Positions 25,631-37,943 of a stretch of 49,825 nt of DNA are shown piece after piece. Source of the stretch: Catajapyx aquilonaris (lineage: Eukaryota); the NCBI GenBank assembly GCA_000934665.2, contig KZ538748.1:1-49825 (forward strand), given 5' to 3'. Every line of letters starts with the position of its first letter. Position 1 is the stretch's first letter. The notes below the pieces were generated by a model, which was not told the origin of the DNA, ran no database searches, and was given only the letters and a program-made list of their open reading frames with translations. Made by a program: the position numbers and the translations under genes.

Positions 25631-26460
25631 GGGGAGACCGGGGCCGGTTGTAACTAGATTTTCAAATTCCGTTCCATATGCATTTACGGAAATATTTATG
25701 ACGTGGTAGCAATAATAACGTTCATTCTGTAAAACTAGTACTAGACCTTTGGATTCACAACAATTGAGGGGCCTGGTGAAAGAAACAGGTAGCTCCACTT
25801 TTCATCGAAAATGAGTTAATCATGGGATCCTACGAAGAAAAAAACTGTCCATAGTTTGGTCCATGAATCATGTAGCTCCAAGCTTTACTCGAGACATATG
25901 AGATGTCGACCTTTGACATCGACGCTGTCCATCCTTGCAACTGTGGATACCCCCGTACCTACCTCCATTGCTGGTTGCTGGAGTCAGGCGCTCGCTCTCC
26001 CCAATCAGTAACTCAACCGCCTGACTCCGGCAACCAGCAATGCAAGCACGCACGGAGGTATCCACACTTTCAAGGATGGACATCGTCGATGTCAAAGGTC
26101 GACATCTCATATGTCTCGAGTAAAGCTTGGAGCTACCATCCGTCCCTATAACAGGGTATACTGTAACACTGTTTTAACTCAGATACGCCAGAATAATTTT
26201 TGTTTGATTTTTTAAATATTTCCTTTTTATTAACAAATGAATAACTCAATAACTAACACAATAACTAAAAATCTAACAACTGTAGTAGTTAGTGTCCTGC
26301 ATACTGTATATGCGATGTAGGGCGCTAGGCATACTGTATCTGGGTTAAATGAAAAATGTAATAAGCAATTAACATCCACCCATACTCTCTACTTTCCAAA
26401 CGTCAGTTAGCTAATATATTGGCGATGTTACTTGTAATACAGCCAACCCGGTCTTTCCCC
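25631..26460. mobile_element. Degenerate non-autonomous DNA transposon (possibly pogo/TcMar-like) carrying a nested hairpin element
   Basis: Imperfect TIRs ta|ggggagaccggggccggttgta...tacagccaacccggtctttcccc|tg. AT-rich interior partly shared with ~45460-45610. Confidence 0.5.
25872..26136. mobile_element. Hairpin MITE, ~119-bp inverted arms, 27-nt loop, apparent 3-bp TSD CAT
   Basis: gtagctccaagctttactcgagacatatgagatgtcgacctttgacatcgacg... is reverse-complementary to the 26018-26136 arm; cat at 25869-25871 and 26137-26139. Confidence 0.88.
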
Positions 26461-27248
26461 TGCACGAAAACTTCGATTTGGAGCAGGGAAGTCATAAGTA
26501 ACCATTATTATGATTGCGATTTACATTTCCTACCATGCTAATATAAAGTCAATGGGATGTGGGCCATTTGATATTGTAGAATTTGCCAAAAATCGTCAAA
26601 ACTGCAACATTTGACATCAGATATCTCTCTGTGGGGTTGGTTTCATTTTTGATTTCTTGATGCTCTTAAATGGAGCTCTCTAATTCCGTTTCGATGGCAC
26701 ATGAGACTTTCCTGCTCTCCAACCAGAAATGGCCGAATGGATTTTCATAAATTATGCATTCGAGATAATTATCAACGGGCCAATCAGATACCAGGAGCAT
26801 TGGGATGTTGCTTGAAACTTTCATTGGTGTTTACTGGAGTGAATGATTACACAAAAATTAGATTTCGAATTTTCCCTACAAACCCCAAACAAAATCATTT
26901 TGGAACCTGTACTTATTCCAGCGTAATTTTTTAATTCACAAATTACCATCCACAATGTAAGTCCCCTTATACATACATACTATTAAAGGAATCATACTTA
27001 TGTTCTTTTAATTCGTGCAATACGTAGGGTAAAAATATAACACAGTCATGTACAGTACCGGTACCTCAAAAAATCATTTTAAATTAATTGCAAAGTATAT
27101 TGTGAAAACCGGTACTGTTTTCCCAACATGTCTCAACCATTCAAGGTAGGTAAACTAACCAGGATAATAAATGGTTTGTTAATATTGTTGCCAACGATAA
27201 GTAACACCAGTTACTTTGAGTGGTGCAACTTGACCTCCCTCCCTCTCT

Positions 27249-27405
27249 CTGCGCTATTCTGGGACAAGGTTTTTCCCTTTGTCGTTATTCGGTGCTTTTA
27301 CGGGGTTGCGGAATCAAATATCATCATAACGTGGGGAACAGTATAAGGGGACGTTGCGGTGGTGGGAGGAAGATGAAAGAAGCGAGTTGCCATGGCGGCC
27401 ATGTT
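27249..27405. repeat. Diverged direct repeat, copy 2 (partner ~24481-24616)
   Basis: See copy 1. Confidence 0.75.
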
Positions 27406-27697
27406 TTCACAAACACGAGATTCAGGACGAGAGACCTCAACTGCGCAGTTGTATCCCTTAACCGCAACAAAGCGATATGTGTAAGCAAAAATGAAGGAAA
27501 AACACAAGTCAAACCAAGCCTATATATTTTCTCTTTCGGACGTGTAAGACAAAGGAGGGAAGAAAGAAAGACGAACCTTTGACCTATGACAACGGTGAGT
27601 GTCTGCGTCACACTTGGAAATGTATTACCGTTCAGTATAGCCTACTTGGCCCTTCACTTCATTCATCCGGCGGTAGTAATAATAATAGTGGAGTCAT

Positions 27698-27832
27698 GTT
27701 GTGGTGTAGTGGTTTATGCGACAGTACCGTACTGTATCTCTGAGGTCCTCAGTTCGATCCTATAGTGTCGAACGATGGATTTGATCACATACTTGCCGGG
27801 ATTTTCTCTGGATTGCCTCACTCCCTCTCAAG
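27698..27832 (+). mobile_element. Degenerate tRNA-derived SINE head
   Basis: A-box-like tggtgtagtgg (27702-27712), B-box-like gttcgatcc (27752-27760), then gggattttctctggattgcctc resembling a SINE core. No valid cloverleaf. Confidence 0.55.
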
Positions 27833-28770
27833 TACGATCATACATCAGCAGTAGTTGATTAATAGTGTTGGAAATTCTGAATTTCCTGCAAGAGGCCACA
27901 GACCTATATATAATCCGGATTAAAATATGGAAAAATGAAAATACCACAGTCAGCCCTCCTCACTCTTTAATGGATATTACAATCTCAAGCGAATGACAAA
28001 ATCCCTGGGCACTTATGCACTGGTACTGTTAGAGGAAAACGACAATTCAAAGCACGCACCAGCCATACGGGAAACATGGCTGACATGTATAGTATGTTAT
28101 GTCTTGAAGGGGACGGAAGGATGGACGGACGACGAATCTCCAGGACAACAACAATCCGATTACACATAAGATGGACACCAGCCCTCAGCGAATCGTCATG
28201 TTCTTTCTGGAAACTGATTAGCTCTTATTAGTGCCAAAGTATTGCCTACATGACTTTACGCCACAAAAATGTTTCACTTTCTCCACCCATTTCCATGATA
28301 ATGTATGAGGGAACCTGATATTGTTCTCAACAATCAATCAATTTTAGTCTCATTTTGCCCTCCTGCGACCTCACATAACCCCGGAAGTCTAATCTGATAT
28401 GCCCGTGATTTTTTCCATCGAAACTCACCCCCCTACTGAACCTCCTTATGCATTTCGAGAATGACCTATACTGATTTACATTGAGAACAAACAAGCACAC
28501 ATCCACAAATATGCATTAGATTTGGCACTACAAATATATTTTCAACCACTAACAGGATTTTGAAAGTGTTTGAAGATGGCAAAAGCACAGGGAATGCTTT
28601 AGATCAAACTTATGAATATCTTTGAGACACAAATCAAAACGTGGATGTCACAGACACATGACAATCTTCAACTGCTAATATTATCCACTCGACAATATTG
28701 ATCCGTCTCATACCTTAAAAACCACGTGACGACTTGCCAATCTGAGTGGTCTGGTAGGTGATGCTCCCTT

Positions 28771-29043
28771 CTACACTTGTTCGTCCTCGGACTCAGAGAA
28801 GTAGACACTCCCGCCTGTGCCATCTTCATCTTCTTCCCATGTCATGCAGTCGGAGCTGCTGGCCTCATCATCCGACATGATGGTGGATAGGTAGTACGAC
28901 ATGTCGCTGCTATACTCAGAGTCCGACGTGTCATAGGTGTCGTTCCTCACGGGTTTGTTATTAGACCCGGCGAGGGCAGCACGCACACCGTAGAAAACGG
29001 TGGCGACAAAACTTACTACCATTAGGAACTCCATCATGCTCAT
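28771..29043 (-). CDS. Small hypothetical protein, paralog B (90 aa; signal peptide/TM-like N-terminus, Asp/Glu/Ser-rich tail)
   Basis: MSMMEFLMVVSFVATVFYGVRAALAG...SDSEYSSD...WEEDEDG..SVYFSESEDEQV*. GC-rich coding-like island in AT-rich flanks; leader homologous to 25023-25171. Confidence 0.6.
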   Translation of the reverse strand: MSMMEFLMVVSFVATVFYGVRAALAGSNNKPVRNDTYDTSDSEYSSDMSYYLSTIMSDDEASSSDCMTWEEDEDGTGGSVYFSESEDEQV

Positions 29044-30173
29044 CTCTGAACAATACGTCTATTTCGGTTCAGGGCTCAGCTTGATCTGAGAAGAATGGAG
29101 ACAGCTTTTGACCACCGATGCTGACGTTCAAACACTACCGCTGTCGGCTGCTTCTGTTCATATAAACAACTGCGTCTTGCTCGGTGCAAGGCTCGGTGTA
29201 CAATCACGATACTAAGGAAAGCGCATGGTCGTGAGACGTATATTCCAAGAAGCGACAACAATAATAAAAATGGAACATCGGTAGTCAGGGTGTACGACCT
29301 GAGGTGAATGGAAGTATTATATTTCGCCCCCGTTTAGTACATTTTCCAGCAGTGAATACGAAAGATAGAAACTGCATGCGCGACCTGATACTTGAAAGGA
29401 GCAACCGCTGAGGAAGGAAATTCTGATTGGAGGGATTTTGTGGGCTTGCAGATCGGCTTGTCTTTAATGTAGGCCTAAGACAGCAATGAATTACAGTATT
29501 TCAATAAATCGATAGTTTTATATAATTATCATATTTGTGTGTACTGAAAGGACGAATGCATCAATTAAGGTAGATGGTCTAAATCAGGATTCGGTGGATA
29601 TTACTAATTTTTTTTGCTAATTAACAACATCCGTTAGTGTATTTTGCTTTCTTGTTATCCGGTGTAGAAAGCAACGCATGCGAATTCACACCCTTTGTGC
29701 GTTGCATTTGCGGGAACTTAATGCAATATCTTGATGGTACAGTACACTAATACCACTGCACTGCTGTGGGGGTAGGGGGGGGGGGACAAAAAGTGATATT
29801 ATCGCAACTGGTGTATTGCGTTTTTGTAGGCGTGGTAAACTGGTTCTAAGTCGAGTTTACACATATCCGAGATTTCGTGGTCTTCGTGAGATTTCTTGCA
29901 CGGTCAGGTCGGACGTGGATATGCAAGACTCAGATATGTAAATGGTTTATATAATATACCAGGAACAGGGCCTAATTTAAGCGTGTAATCCGCACACTTT
30001 GTGTAGTCCGAATTAAGAAGAGTGCACCCCTAATTCTGCAAATTCTCCAAAATAGGGCTCATTTTCAGCCCTTTCCTAATTTTCGGGGGCAGAGGAAAGT
30101 TTTGCTGGAACACAATTTTTAAATGGCTTACATAGGACTAATATCAAATCTTTTTCTAATGGGAGGGCGTTTA

Positions 30174-30367
30174 CATTAGGTTTCTCAACCGGGGTTCCGC
30201 GAGCAGTTGCCAGGGGTTCCGCGAGAAATAGTGAGGAATAGGCTAATCATGTATAAATGTATTTTTGAGTCATTACTTGAGGCATAATAATTTTTATGTG
30301 AGGGTTACTTGAGATATCAGTATTATTTTAAGGGTTCCGCATGGGTAAAAATGTTGAGAAACCTTCG
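30174..30367. mobile_element. hAT (Charlie-like) MITE remnant
   Basis: Inverted termini aggtttctcaac (30178-30189) / gttgagaaacct (30353-30364); internal ggggttccgc(gag) repeats. No clean TSD. Confidence 0.65.
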
Positions 30368-33300
30368 ACGCCTAGAGGGTCGCAGTCGCGCTCCAGACCA
30401 TGACTACTATGGACTCTGGCTGATTATAGTACTTTAAACCAAAGAACTATATGATATCACACCAGCGGTGTTTTCTGAGCATGCGTAGTAGTATGGTTGC
30501 GGAGCAGGGAAGAGCCTGGTAGAGGCGGGCTGAACGTGACGTCAGATCGTTCTTTGGTTTAACGGACTGTACAGTCCGTGGACGGGCCTGTGCGTTCCCA
30601 CTGGTCAGTGAGACTGACGTCACATAAGAGGCCTGAGCCTCCTTTCGCATACGATCGCTTGAGCTCGCAAGAAGCGATCCGTTTAGAGAAGTGACGTAGC
30701 GGAGTCGTTCGTCGGAGGTAGATCCCACCGAAGAGGGTTTTTCAACGACATAATCCGCAGACGAGCGGGATTGTGTGGCGCTAATGCGATCTGGCATTCT
30801 GCCGCCCCTTCGCCTCTTGAGCATGTTTGCATCCATGAGTCCTGGCGATTTATGGCTCCAGCCCCCCTTAGGCTTGCTGCTTACTGAATAGTCGATGAGT
30901 CGCTGGCTATGCTGCTGATTTGGCCTCTTCAAGCCTGCACTCACACCCCTGTCTGGTACACAGCAATCCCTTCCTGGGTGTCATCATCGCTCCCTCCATT
31001 CCCTAGCCCCCCCCCCCCCAGAGTTTATTGCAATCCGCACGTGAGCCTGCCAACTACATTTTATCCCACGCCATAACGATCCTTCCAGATTTTCTTAGCC
31101 AGCCCTAGTGTAAGACAGAAAGGGTAACGAGCCGTGCAAAAGTTAGGCCTCATTTATGCGACAATTCCAGATTGATCTTTTGGGATAATTACCTTCATTA
31201 GTTCATATCAGTCTTGGGCGGCCTGATTGTCATAATGAGTTTCACGTGGGAGGGAGGGGGGGGGGGTGCGTTTGATCTGGAGGAAAAAGCACGTGGCCAA
31301 AGTGGCACCAATGTAGGAATAGAGCCAAAAAGGATTAGTTTGATTGCGAAACGGGCGAGACGTCCTCAAGTTTCGCCAAGGAGCAGCTCAATATGGCCCG
31401 GCCATAAAAATTTGCATATGGTGATCTTGAGGCGGTGGATTTCCAAGTGGCTTCTACTAGAAAGGCTAGTTTAGTCTTTTCTTCCACCAGCAGTTTTTTT
31501 TTGTAGGACCCGGGACAGGCGCCAAAAACCGCTGGAAAAAAAAGGAATCCGAGCTGCCTGGAAAAGGAAGAGGCTTTTGCTTTGGTGGCCAACTGAAATT
31601 CCGAAAAAGCGAAAAGAATTCTGGCCAACTGGCTCATTTTTGCCAGCAAAACTGCCGGGTGTACAGTGAATATTTGAAGCCCACCAGATGCTGCCTGCTT
31701 GTTTTCCCACGACCGTTTTCAAGCATTTCGCGCAATAATCAAGTTTCTTTGGGAAAAAAAAATGGACAGGTTGAAGCAGCGATGCAAAACTTTGAAATGA
31801 ATTGATGGGCTCGAGTTAATGACCAATGTGCCTTTTTTTTTGCTAGTGATGTACTGTACTAGTTGCACTAACAACTGCAGGTGATTAAATAGTAATGTTC
31901 GGTTTGATTTAGTGAATTATTTAGAACCAGATTTGCGCTATTACAAATCCCCCCTTAGGCTTTTTGTACTGTAGATCTGACTATAGATATGAGTATGCGT
32001 AACACGCACGTCTTTTCTGTCGTTCTTTTCAGAGCGTCTGGGGTTGACAAGTCTATAAAAAATAGGGTTAGGTAGAGTGGCGTGCAATATGACGGCTCGT
32101 AAAAAAAAGATAATAAAAAACAGCAAATTATGCACAGAATTATTGACTGAATGCCAACTCTTTTGAGTAGAAAAATTTTCAAATGGATTTTAGTATTCAG
32201 ATGGAAGTTGGATTTTTTTTTCTCTCTCTCTCTCCGCCTGTTCATTTGCAAAAGCTGCTTTTATGCATGGCTTGAGGTGCCGTCATATGGAAAACAAAGT
32301 TTAATTAATGCAGGGTATAACAGGAGACAGCATGCATGGCAAGAGAGTGTTTGCTTACTGGGTACAATTTTTTTCCAGGCCATAAATGGAGCTAGGCTCC
32401 CCCCCATCCACCCACCTTGGCTGGAGTATAAGCTGAGCAGAGTGAACCATCACCAAAATGGCATGCAAATTATCATTTCGCCCCGCGGTGCCGATATCGC
32501 CTCCCCCAAAAGTAGGCCCACTTACCAGTCATGTGCAAATTCCACGTAATTCCCCGCAGCCTTGGCACGTCAGATTTCCTCCAGGGGCTGGTGCTGGATC
32601 CGGTCTTTTCGGAGACGTGAGAGAGTCCAGATGGACCTCCGGTCATCTATCCCCCTTGGTAGAAAAGGGAGAAAAGAAAAAGGTCCAAAGGGGGGGGAAA
32701 AAATGGGTCCAGCCTCTGACAATCAAGCATCCCTCTGGCCCTTTGAAATCAATTTATTCACAAGTGGCCGAAGCGATTGTGGATCCGGGATCCGAGCTGG
32801 CCGGAAGATCTTTCCTCCGGGCCCCCGTGGTAATTTCATTCCCATTCGAAGGCTTTTTCCCTTCCCTAGCAACCGCTCTTCAAGTCGACCGTAGTGGTCT
32901 GGTCTAGGAAGAAATTTCTAGAGAAGAGATCTGTACCGGATAGGCACTCAATTTTTGATGTCGTGGACAATACGTAACGTAGTTCTCTAGAGGGGGGGGG
33001 GGGGGGGGTNNNNNTGGGTGAATTGGAGCGAGTGTAATGTTTTTGTAATTGAAACTGTGTTTAAGAGGATTTAGTAGGCCTCAGCTTGGCCTAAATCGAT
33101 TTTTGCATTCGTAATTTGGCAGAAAAGGAGCTTATGGGACTTTAGCCAATTATGCTATTAAGAGGATCTCCCCGCCGAAGAGATTAATAATTCCTGCACT
33201 TTGATAGCTGCAAGCTTCCCCCGGAATGAGTTTTGGAATTGGTTCAAGACACCCGGGTCTTCCTCCGTTGCGGTAACGTATGGCGGTCGAACCTTCGGTC

Positions 33301-33937
33301 GTCTTCGGGAAAACTAACACCACATAAGGCGAATAGGCACGTCATCCTTCCTGACGTGAAACCAGATCAGAAGTGATGTGAAACTGATCGCCATTTGGGT
33401 CGCAAAATGGAACTGATAGGCCACATTCTGGTCCCCGGAACGACGCCGTAAAACTTATTTTGAAGGCTGCAGATAATGACTAGCGTGTCTTTATAATGTA
33501 GTGTAAAATTTATTGGCGGGTTTTACTATCCAGATAGCAGGGAATTGCAGAATGCGAAAGAAGAGGAGGCTGTTTGCAGGAGAGGGATTCATCTCGCGCT
33601 GTTGGCCTCACATCCAATATTAATTGCATCAAATCTGTACTGCGGTTGCAATCATGAATACCTAATTGCATACGAAATGGCCCTGCAGAAATGGAGGAGG
33701 ATCCGACTCAATTATGCCGCAGTTGTGCCAAAGGGCAGTTATGCGAGAACTGTTCGGATAATTACCACATTCTTCATCTCAGCAGATGATGTACTCCACC
33801 TGGCCTCGATGCGTTTACTCATCTTATTGCTTACACCATGACTAGGTCACTTCTTCCGGGACACACCTTTTCCAGTTATTTGAACACCAATTAAAATATC
33901 CAACATGGAAGACATCGAAATGCTGGACTAAACATGT

Positions 33938-34069
33938 CAAGGGGGTAACCACTTCGGTACTCCGGTGCACACCTGCGAGTGGTACTCCCAGGTACTCCTC
34001 AGGTACCTCACTCTTTATTACTCCTTGGTGCTCCAGTGTACACTTTTCAGTTGAGTGATTACCCCCTTG
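33938..34069. mobile_element. 132-bp MITE with 16-bp TIRs and 8-bp TSD AAACATGT (P- or hAT-type)
   Basis: caagggggtaaccact...agtgattacccccttg (1 mismatch); aaacatgt at 33930-33937 and 34070-34077. Confidence 0.85.
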
Positions 34070-34316
34070 AAACATGTCGTCACTCACATCCTGGAAATAC
34101 TGTACGTTTCGTTGTATGTGCCTACTTTTTGCCTGCGACGGTACATGGTGAATGCAGATGTGGGACATAATATTATTTTAAAGGGGGATCGCAGACCGTG
34201 TACGTTTGGCCTGAGGGGTCCATCCGGAAATGTAGCTATGGATCTGTTGTACTCCCTGGCTGAACCAGCCAAGTTTCTGTTAGGTATCCAAAATGATACT
34301 CCCGCCATTCTCACCA

Positions 34317-34395
<79 letters not shown>
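34317..34395. repeat. (TTA/ATT)n microsatellite, about 26 units
   Basis: Perfect trinucleotide run read directly. Confidence 0.97.
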
Positions 34396-35785
34396 GGATC
34401 AGTGCCAGAAACTAGGCCTAAAAAATCCGTACCAGACAAAAATAAGACGCGGAAGTTTTCCACGAGTTAACTACAGTCTCTTGTCATCTGGCGGAAATTT
34501 CCGACAGATTTCACGAGCCGCTTCTCGTCAGATGTAGCTGAAGAATTTATTTGACACCAGGGCAGTTGAAATCGCATTAGAAATTCCGGGACCGAAAATT
34601 CCCTCCGTCTTGCTCCTTTGTGTTGGCTTTACCTTCAGCAGCACGCCCGGATTTGAGACCACCACCACCACCTCCTCCCTATCCTACCTCCCCCCCCCCC
34701 CACTTCTCCCCAGTCTCCTAATCCGGCCTCTTGGCAGTTGTGCGCCTTGGAAAGTTGTAGTCCGGTAGAAGAAGGCCTCGGGAGAGAATGAAGCGGGACA
34801 AGTGGTCCGGATAACACTAGTCCTCTCCTTTTGGGCCTTCCTGTTTCCTGGTTGAGGGACGACCGCAGTGCAGTTGCCTCCGGGGAACCCGCACAGGATT
34901 CCGAGGGCCGCCTTCACAGAATTTGCGGATGCAGATTGGCGGAAAGGAGACGCCGCAGAGAGTTTGTTTGGGTCCGACTGCCTGATTGCTTGCTGTCCGA
35001 ATCAGATGCGGGACCCGATTCCAATTAGCTGTCCTGATAAACAGGCTTGTCGACACTTTGTGCATGAATCGACAGGTCTCAATTATATTTATGCGGCCTT
35101 TGACAGTCGAGGACATTGACTCGATCATCGGTTTTTTTTTCCAACGTATGGTACGCTGTCGTGTCCCTTGAAGCCTAATTCCGAAAACACAATACGCGCT
35201 GCGGGTTCGATTGTGTCAGATAATTGCAGCTGGTAATCTCCATTGGGTGGAAATCCATCTGATTTTGGAGCCTGTACATGGCTCCAAAGAGTAACTCTGC
35301 CCTGAGTTGGAACATAGGGTTAGTTTTTTTTTTTTCAGAAAAAAAAGTGGTGATTTACCATCCGAGCGTAATTAACGGAGGGAGATGACGGCATCTTTGT
35401 TTCGTCGTGAGAGATAGCGACGAAATACTGGGGGCCCGTGCAAAGGGAGAATTTTCTCGGGAAATTACGCAGGACACGCCAGTGTTCGTGGCGGCTTCCT
35501 GAGAATTTGTCAGCACGACATTTTACGAATGAGGAGGGCTGCAGACTGGGTTTTTCCGAGGAGAGTTTTAGGCCTACACACTCGCAGATTATGGTGGCAA
35601 CGCTGCTGGAGTCAGGTTAATGTGCTTCTACGGACTTCTTTATTGCAGCATCAATAGATGGTCCTGAAAGTAGCTGCAGCCAGATAGTAACGGCTACGGC
35701 TGAACGTACAGTGCGCATGCGTTATTTGTTAAGAAGATTGCGATGTTGCCTTTTTTAAAAAGATATTACAGCGATACATACTGTA

Positions 35786-35980
35786 CACCTGCGAGCATAA
35801 ACTTGGAGACGGCAGGGTGATTTTCCAATCTCAGCTATTACGGTATCAAATATACTGTTATAAATACACGAACACACGCTTGAAACAGCTAACTCGGTCC
35901 AAAAATAGTCCATTAATTTGAGTCGGATAAAGAAAGGTCAGAGAAGGCCCGCAGCGTCTCCAACATTATGCTCGCGGGTG
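35786..35980. mobile_element. Tc1/mariner-type MITE (195 bp), 26-bp TIRs, TA target duplication
   Basis: ta|cacctgcgagcataaacttggagacg...cgtctccaacattatgctcgcgggtg|ta (3 mismatches in 26). Confidence 0.85.
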
Positions 35981-37943
35981 TAGTACATGAGACGACCTCA
36001 TAGTCGTGGTCACCTCATCACATTACCCTTCTACCTAGACAGTCATGGCATTGCCTTTCTACTGTAGTAAGAAACACCCTGTGTTGCCCTGTGTCCTATG
36101 CTGTGTGTACAACTGATTGCAAGTGGCGATGGCCCTATTTGTATGGTAGGTTATTTGACCCTATACGCGACTATATGTACTAGCTGTAAATGTAATATGT
36201 TAAGTTGCGCATTCCCGTCATGCTTTTGGTTTGAGATAAAATGGGTCCAAAAAGTGGTTCATTCCTTCCGGGGCTAGAGAAAGACTGCAGCTGAGGAAGA
36301 AACCGCAGCCAGTGCAGTGCTAGTGTATATTTAGTTTTTTTTTGTTGAATTACTGTACTTAGTTTTCCGTGTGCAGTGAGCCGTTTAATGTGGGAAAAGA
36401 CCACCGTGGGCGACCCCGATTCCACGGACCAGAACCTGCATTTCATTAAGTAAGTACCACCGAAGAATTATTTTATACCTAGTGTATTCCAACTGAGAGA
36501 TCCAGTTTAGTTCACAATGTACATCAGTTGGAACACCTTGTATGACTCTGACCTTTCCAATGAGCAATTCCAATCAGAAGTTTTGCCCATCTCCTGAGAC
36601 ATAGTTGAAGGAAACATTGAGGTTTCCTGGCCCTAGATAGCTCTCGTCTTGACGGAATTAAACAGATGCCAGGACAATGCCTGTTTCATGGTTCCTGCAC
36701 GCGAGTTTCGGCGCAGATGTTGCTTCCAAAGAGTAGCGGCCAACTTTCTCACCTTCACCAACGTTAAAAAGCGATTTGCATTTTCTGCCAAACTTACTCT
36801 CGAGAATTGTTTCCCCATAGAGGAGACCACCAGGCGAAACTCCAGGATGAATCCATCTGAAAAGGAGCTAACTTTTCTCCCTACCTTCCGCCCTTCCCTA
36901 ACCTATACCCTCACCGGCTCAATTAAGATAAGGTATTTTGGCTGGGTCGATATCGTTTTTTTTTCTTTTCTTTTTTTACCTTTCTCTTCCAACCCTCGGG
37001 CAATCATCCTTTTAGAGTTGGTGGTTCCGTCCGTATCCAACACAACTCTGTTAATATTCATAGGTTTGTTGCTTTCAAGGAGCTTCTCATTAGTGTAATT
37101 GCAGCTTGTTGGACTCCAAACTAAGTATAGGGATTTGCCTACAAACTTTATCTCACCCCCATAGTCGTTCTAGACCTTGACGACCTTGCATTTTCAGCAA
37201 TTAACGCCCAGATTAACGGTGGTAGTCTGGCTTTAAAAAAAAAACGGATTCCCGAACGACTCGGAATTTTGATAAGCATTGTTGTCTGGGTGACCCAGTT
37301 TATCCGTGGCTAAGCAGCTTGGCGGCCAATTGTATAGGACATAACTGGTGGGGTGTGCCTGAGTGGGAAGTTATTAAGTGGAGGAGCCGAAAGACTGCTC
37401 TCCGAAAAGTTGTCGAGGCTCGACCATAACGCGTGTTGGTGCCGGATCCATACTCCACTCGGGTTCCGACGACTTGGAAAGGACTATAAATTATGTAGAA
37501 GAGGAAAACGAGCTCTCTCAAACTGCCGCGCGAAATACTGGACTGGAGACATCATTTCCAGAGGAAAAGGAAAAGGGGTGGGTAGAGAGGTGGTGGGGGG
37601 GCAAGAGTCTTTCTTTTTCCTCTCCTTCCTTTCATGCGCCCAACGGCTTGTGACTTATGTCCACTTAAAGCCCGCCAATATTGCTGTTTTTCCTCCCTTC
37701 CTAGACTTGGGGTGATCGAGTGTCGTGGAAATGTAGTAGAAGGTTCGATTATGACCGTATTCGTGGTCGTTCAACGGTCCTGTTCCGGTTACCGAAATCG
37801 TGTGTTTTTTTTTGTCCGTTGCTAGAAGTTGTGTCTGCCAGTGACGCCGGTCTGTAAGAAAATATGAGCTGGTTACTTACCGGTACAATGTTAGTAAAGC
37901 AAAGATGTGGAAGTTGGAGGACACAAAAAATGTACCACATTTA

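Noticed and set aside
25868..26151. Opposite-strand ORFs with similar peptides
   Set aside because: Consequence of the hairpin MITE symmetry.
30447..30944. 165-aa minus-strand ORF
   Set aside because: Non-ATG start, no recognisable domain, no convincing splice context.
34055..34537. 160-aa ORF with poly-Leu resembling a TM segment
   Set aside because: Poly-Leu is the translated (TTA)n microsatellite; the ORF also overlaps a MITE.
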